NCBI GenBank assembly: GCA_048937405.1
Contig: JBHLNF010000001.1
Location: 160,001-224,000, forward strand
Source: Promethearchaeota archaeon
GTDB taxonomy: Archaea; Asgardarchaeota; Lokiarchaeia; Sigyniarchaeales; SOKP01
DNA length: 64,000 bases
Direction: 5' to 3'
Part shown: in pieces, positions 59,220 to 64,000 of the stretch
How positions within the stretch are numbered: the first letter of the stretch is position 1
Layout: every line of letters starts with the position of its first letter
The notes under the pieces: model-generated
Seen by the model: the letters and a program-made list of their open reading frames with translations, nothing else
What the model was told of the DNA's origin: nothing
Databases searched by the model: none
Position numbers and translations under genes: made by a program

Positions 59220-59873
59220 TTAAAATAACATTTTTTTAACTAATTGGATTAATCCAGGTAATATAAAAATAAATCCCAATGTATTTCCAACAATATGAAC
59301 TATAGTAAATATTAATCCTGTCATAAAATAAGGTAGATATTCATTAAGTGTACCAAAATAAGATAACACTTCTACTAATGTAGAAATCAATTGATAACTT
59401 GAAGTAAGTAAAGCCCCTATCAAACCAAACAAAATCATTACTGAAACTCTATATAGATCCTCATCTGATAAAAATGCTCTTTTCTTTTGAAAAAAATTAC
59501 CTGTCAATCCTCCAATTAAACCTGTAATTGAATAATGTGATAATTGGGCCATAAAAAGCGGTAAAGGAGAAGCACCTAAAGGATTAAAAAAACAAAAAAT
59601 AAATGAACTTAAAAATCCCACTATCATACCATCTCTTTTGCCAAGAATAAATCCTGATAAGAATATGGTTAGGGTAAATAATTCAATATTAGGAATATAT
59701 GCTAAAAGATACCCTAAAACTATTGCTAATGCTGTAAACATGCTAATTAAAGCAATTCGAAATGATTTTCTTTCCAACCATATTGAACAATTTGCTTTTT
59801 CTTGTTCAACATCAGGTACCTCCAATGTTTCACTAGATTCTTTTAATTCTGCTTTTGTTGCCATCTTATTCAT
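59220..59873 (-). CDS. ECF transporter S-component (CbrT-like)
   Basis: IALISMFTALAIV..IPNIELFT..G..G..VG; ~6 TMs; HIVGN. Confidence 0.75.
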   Translation of the reverse strand: MNKMATKAELKESSETLEVPDVEQEKANCSIWLERKSFRIALISMFTALAIVLGYLLAYIPNIELFTLTIFLSGFILGKRDGMIVGFLSSFIFCFFNPLGASPLPLFMAQLSHYSITGLIGGLTGNFFQKKRAFLSDEDLYRVSVMILFGLIGALLTSSYQLISTLVEVLSYFGTLNEYLPYFMTGLIFTIVHIVGNTLGFIFILPGLIQLVKKMLF

Positions 59874-60085
59874 TCAAAAAAAAAAAATTTTAGGATATAA
59901 TTTTTTATAATTGAACATATTTTTTAAATATATAGGAAAATTAGCCTACGGGGCTTACGGCTTCTATTCTTTAAAAATTAAGAGTAGAAAGCATGTTTTT
60001 TTAATACTTACTAGCATTGAAGAAGTCTTTAAAATTTATTATATCTTAAGTAATATATAAGCAAAAATAAATAATAAAAAGGTAA

Positions 60086-60559
60086 TTGAAATTGGAGAAT
60101 ATTATTATAATTAAAGAAGAACTGGAATGTGATACATCAACAGCTTTTAAAATGTTTACTAATAATAAATCCTTAGAGAGTTGGTTGACTGAAGAAGCGG
60201 ATATAGAACCTAAACTTGGAGGTAAGTATGAACTTTTCTGGGATCCTAACAATAAAAAATCTAACAGTACAATAGGGTGTAAAATTACAGGAATCGAGAA
60301 GAATAAATTTATATCATTTGATTGGAAGGGACCAGTCGAATTTGAATCATTTATGAATTGTGCTGATCCACTTACACATGTGATTGTATTCTTTTCTCAG
60401 AATGAATCTGATTCAAATATAAGTAATATATTTTTATTCCATACTGGGTGGAGAGATAATTCTGAATGGCAAAAAGCTCGGATTTATTTTGATAAAGCAT
60501 GGTTGAAGGCGTTAGAAAACCTGAAAGAAAAGATTATTAATAAAACCTTAGGCATCTAA
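60086..60559 (+). CDS. SRPBCC/AHA1 (START-like) domain protein
   Basis: FT...LESW...GGKYEL..FDWK..HTGW..W...LENLK. Confidence 0.8.
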   Translation: MKLENIIIIKEELECDTSTAFKMFTNNKSLESWLTEEADIEPKLGGKYELFWDPNNKKSNSTIGCKITGIEKNKFISFDWKGPVEFESFMNCADPLTHVIVFFSQNESDSNISNIFLFHTGWRDNSEWQKARIYFDKAWLKALENLKEKIINKTLGI

Positions 60560-60598
60560 ATATTTAAATAAATAACTCTCATTCTAAATATTGACAAA

Positions 60599-61380
60599 AT
60601 GAAAGATATAAATAACAAACAATTTGTAATTTTTAACAATAAAAAGCACTATGTCAATTATTTTGAATTTAATTCACTAAGCCTGACTGATCTCGGAATT
60701 AAAGATATATCTGAAATAAATGGCTTAGATAAGTTAAATAATCTAAATCATTTACACTTGTCTGATAATAAAATAACCCAAATAAATGGTTTAGACCATT
60801 AGAGAACCTTGAATGGCTAACGCTATAAGCTAATAAAATCACAGAAATTAAAGGTTTAGAAAATCTGAGAAACTTGCAAGAATTAAACCTCTGCTTGAAT
60901 GAAATATCTGAAATAAAAGGACTGGATTCCCTAACAAACCTTAAGATTTTACGAATTTATGCGAATCGAATTGAAGAAATTAAAGGTCTTGAAAACTTAA
61001 AAAGTTTAGAAATCCTAGAGCTTGGTGAGGCTCATTAGCAATCTGGAAATCTGATTAAAGAAATTAAAGGTCTTGAAAATCTTACTAACCTCAAGGAATT
61101 ACGCCATTCATATAATCAAATCAAAGAAATCAAAGGACTTGAAAATTTAAAAAAACTCGAACTTCTAGACCTTCATAAGAATGAGATCACTGAAATTAAA
61201 GGGCTTGATAATCTAGAGAAATTGAAATGGCTTGATTTATCACATAATCAAATTATTGAATTTAAAGGTCTTGATAAGCTTAATAACTTAATTTGGTTGT
61301 TTTTAGAACCAAAATTATTAAAAAGCACTGAATTCGAAGAACATCCTGTATATGATTATAAAACAGGTAAAAAACTCTAA
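60599..61380 (+). pseudogene. SDS22-like leucine-rich-repeat protein pseudogene
   Basis: ~10 22-aa repeats (IKGLENLxNLxxLxLxxNxI); frameshift at ~60799, in-frame TAA 60826-60828 and TAG 61036-61038. Confidence 0.85.
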
Positions 61381-61599
61381 AGTTCGATCTATATTATTAC
61401 TTTTAACACAATTTCTAAATCCTCTCCTAGTCTCAATTTTTTAAGAGAAGAGACCAAATCTTATAGGTTAAGTTACCAATACCTTTAAATGGTTTGGTTC
61501 TTTGATGATAGTATATTAGGAGAGAGTAGGAAAATTATCCTAATCAAATGATCCTTTATTTGAATAAACATATATTTAAACAAAAAGTGAATAACATCA

Positions 61600-62406
61600 A
61601 TGAAAAAAAACAAAAAAATAACTTATATCGTTGTTTCAATGGTAGTTCTTCAACTTTTCATATCATTTTCAATTCCAAAAGTCAAAGCAACTATAAATAT
61701 TCCCGATGAATTTAATAAAAAGTTAGATCTGGATGAGGTCTATATATATAATGTAACAGCATTTAATACTACAAAACCCCTTGAATGGTTAGATGTGGAC
61801 TGGACGGCCCCCTCTAAAGGATTTGCAAATACTACAGCAGGAGGTCAGATTAAAGTAAGCTTTACCGGATTCTATGATAAAGATCCTAATGACTTTTTCA
61901 ACATCTTTGGCAGTCCAATGCCTTATATGGATATCGAATTTATCGAGAATAGATTTGGGAATTTAGTTTCTAATGCTACGTTTTACAACATCTCTAATGG
62001 TGAAGCTGATCTTAATTTATTACTTGGGTATAATAGATTTAAATCTGGATTTCTAATTCCTATCAACAATATTTCTGGCTTAAGAAAACAGGCTTACACT
62101 CAAAATGAACCTCCTTATATGAATGCCACGGTTACCATCCAAGAGACTTCTACACGCATAACTTTTGATTTTCAGCAAAAAACCGGGCTTGAACAAAAGA
62201 CAAAATCAACATATGATAAAATCTCAGGTCTACTTGTTAATACAAACACTAGTGTTGGAAATTATACTCTTGAAATGACACTTATAAATTTCCCTAGCTT
62301 TTCATCTGAAGAAATCTTTATTCCAGCATATCAGGTTTATTTAATTTTTGGAATAACTTTAATTACAATAACAGTAACTATTGCAAAATTGAAAAAACGA
62401 AAATAA
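61600..62406 (+). CDS. Secreted/surface protein with C-terminal sorting-type anchor (Loki-CTERM-like)
   Basis: Signal peptide, several N-x-S/T sequons, IPAY + TM + KLKKRK end. Confidence 0.65.
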   Translation: MKKNKKITYIVVSMVVLQLFISFSIPKVKATINIPDEFNKKLDLDEVYIYNVTAFNTTKPLEWLDVDWTAPSKGFANTTAGGQIKVSFTGFYDKDPNDFFNIFGSPMPYMDIEFIENRFGNLVSNATFYNISNGEADLNLLLGYNRFKSGFLIPINNISGLRKQAYTQNEPPYMNATVTIQETSTRITFDFQQKTGLEQKTKSTYDKISGLLVNTNTSVGNYTLEMTLINFPSFSSEEIFIPAYQVYLIFGITLITITVTIAKLKKRK

Positions 62407-62468
62407 AATATTGAATTGTGTTATTTTATATTAATTAATTTTTTTTTATTATTTTTTAAATCCTTATT

Positions 62469-62894
62469 ATGAAGAAGAACATTAGATACCTCATTATTAG
62501 CATCGTAGCAGTATCAAGTTTTACAATACTTCTAGTATTCAATTTTCTTATCTTACCAAACATACAATCAAATAATAACCAAATAAATGATGATAATAGT
62601 GAAAAGCAATATGAAGTAAGAAATATCTCTGTATATATTGACTATTCAGGAGTTAAGGAAAATGAAATTTTTCAAAATATAAATTTAACAAATTATAAAA
62701 CCACAGCTTATCATGCAATACTTAATTGCTGTGATATTAAGTTTAAAGATTTTGGGTGGGGTATATTCGTTGAAAAAATAAATGGAGTAGGAGTAGGATG
62801 GATATATTGGATCAATGATGATGCTCCACCTAGTATGCCCTGCAATTATTATTATTTGGTAGATAATGATATAGTTAATTGGAAATATGTTTAA
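62469..62894 (+). CDS. Membrane-anchored DUF4430 (transcobalamin C-terminal-like) protein
   Basis: GIFVEKINGV..WIYWIN....C..Y.L.DND.V.WKY. Confidence 0.75.
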   Translation: MKKNIRYLIISIVAVSSFTILLVFNFLILPNIQSNNNQINDDNSEKQYEVRNISVYIDYSGVKENEIFQNINLTNYKTTAYHAILNCCDIKFKDFGWGIFVEKINGVGVGWIYWINDDAPPSMPCNYYYLVDNDIVNWKYV

Positions 62895-62921
62895 TTTTGA
62901 CTTAATCCTTAATTATAGTGA

Positions 62922-63365
62922 TTAATAATTCATATCTTTTGTCTCAATTTTCTGTAAAACAGGTTCCATTTCTCTAAAAGCTTTTCGAATCTTATGAAAG
63001 TAGTAACCTAATTTATATCCTTTTTTACAATTTGTAAATAACATAAAATTATTATCTGCTGATCCTACAAGAATGATAGTATAACCCTTTGTTCCTCGAA
63101 TCACAATATCCCTTAATTCACCTTGCTGTAAACCCTGACTAATCTTCTCTCCTAACGAGATTAATGTTGCAGGGCTCGCACTGTAAATATCCCATACAAC
63201 ATCAGCAGTTTCAGAACTCGCAATTCTTAACCCTGTTTTTGAGACAACAGCGGTTCCTTCCAAATCGGTAGAAGCTTCTAAATTTTCTAAATTACGCATT
63301 AACTCATCTAGTATATCTTGGCTGATGTTAATTTCAGATTCTTTTGCTTGACCTATTTTAAACAC
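62922..63365 (-). CDS. Roadblock/LC7 domain protein
   Basis: LEGTAVVSKTGLRIAS..LQQGELRDIVIRGTKGY. Confidence 0.85.
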   Translation of the reverse strand: MFKIGQAKESEINISQDILDELMRNLENLEASTDLEGTAVVSKTGLRIASSETADVVWDIYSASPATLISLGEKISQGLQQGELRDIVIRGTKGYTIILVGSADNNFMLFTNCKKGYKLGYYFHKIRKAFREMEPVLQKIETKDMNY

Positions 63366-63396
63366 CTCTGTTAAGATAATATTAATTTTTAAGAAT

Positions 63397-64000
63397 TTAA
63401 ATGTTTTTTAGTCGAATACTTCTTAATTCTTTAAGAAAAACAGGATCTCCTTTCTTTACCTGTTTTTCATCAGATTTAATCCCTACTATAACAGCACCTT
63501 TCGTACCAAATGTATCTAAAATTTTAGTAAATGGAGGTTCTAAGGACTTCCCAATTATTTTTTTTGCCCCGATAGCGCTTTGTGCCAAACCATTACAGAC
63601 AATTCCTTGAGGATGATCTGGATTTTTGATGCTTCCTTGTTTAGTTTTATATTTATAAAATAAGGGTGGTTCATTATATATATTTAACAATTCTGCTGAT
63701 CCCAATATTCTTAAAGTAGTAGGAGGTAGATCTAAACGACTAAGAAGCATAATATTTTTTTCTTTTCTTATTAAAACTTTCTCCTGTAATAATATTATTG
63801 CCCTAAATCCCCTATCTTTATTTGAAACAGTAGTTTGAATTTTCTTTCCGTTAAGTTCATAATATGGATAAATATTTCCACTAGTCGTTACCATTCCTAT
63901 AGTAATATGGATCTGAGTTCTGAAACCTGTTTTTGGTTTAAATAGCTTATTATTATTTACTTTTACTTCCAAGATATTACCATAATCAAAAGCATTAGGG
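63397..64000 (-). CDS. selB: Selenocysteine-specific elongation factor SelB, C-terminal domains III-IV (5' part outside the window)
   Basis: HITIGM, RLDLPPTTLRILG, GLAQS..GAKKIIG, TFGTKG as recalled for archaeal SelB; frame is open to the window edge. Confidence 0.82.
   Translation of the reverse strand, partial: PNAFDYGNILEVKVNNNKLFKPKTGFRTQIHITIGMVTTSGNIYPYYELNGKKIQTTVSNKDRGFRAIILLQEKVLIRKEKNIMLLSRLDLPPTTLRILGSAELLNIYNEPPLFYKYKTKQGSIKNPDHPQGIVCNGLAQSAIGAKKIIGKSLEPPFTKILDTFGTKGAVIVGIKSDEKQVKKGDPVFLKELRSIRLKNI

Noticed and set aside
60781-61040. Stop-codon recoding (pyrrolysine or alternative code) in the LRR gene
   Set aside because: Lesions include a frameshift and TAA as well as TAG, and other genes end normally at TAG/TAA; pseudogene is simpler
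3705-63610. Many short antisense or overlapping ORFs in the track (e.g. 4090-4401, 24024-24449, 32128-32406, 43160-43477, 55731-56072)
   Set aside because: They lie opposite or within well-supported genes and lack motifs
1-64000. CRISPR array or rRNA genes
   Set aside because: No regularly spaced short repeats and no extended GC-rich structural RNA tract seen

Overview
Very AT-rich archaeal DNA, most likely an Asgard archaeon (Lokiarchaeia-like). This is inferred from archaeal-type ribosomal proteins together with ribophorin I, OSTC/DC2, Roadblock, longin-like and small-GTPase genes and an archaeal SelB. 1-8 kb: translocation/N-glycosylation genes (Sec61beta, ribophorin I, Trm112, AglH/ALG7, M48 protease, UbiA family) plus a tRNA-Gln(UUG) with a T-loop intron. 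9.6-34 kb: peptide ABC transporter, RNA methyltransferases, two RadA paralogues, an RPC34/TFE-beta-like protein, OSTC and metabolic genes. 34.5-59 kb: the S10/spc ribosomal protein cluster (uS19 to uL15). The main discovery is that this cluster is split inside the uS8 gene by a ~15 kb integrase-less island bounded by a 156-bp imperfect direct repeat of the uS8 5' end. The island encodes only signalling proteins: four histidine kinases, three stand-alone receivers, two adjacent Rag-like GTPases, an Arf-like GTPase, and a folliculin/SMCR8-like longin protein that keeps the putative arginine finger and is fused to a His-less HisKA-like helix pair. This is a candidate link between two-component phosphorelay and eukaryote-like small-GTPase switching. 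Three genes appear to start at ATA/ATT. 59-64 kb: ECF S-component, LRR pseudogene, DUF4430, Roadblock and the 3' end of selB. All protein calls are from motif recognition by eye; no database searches were run.
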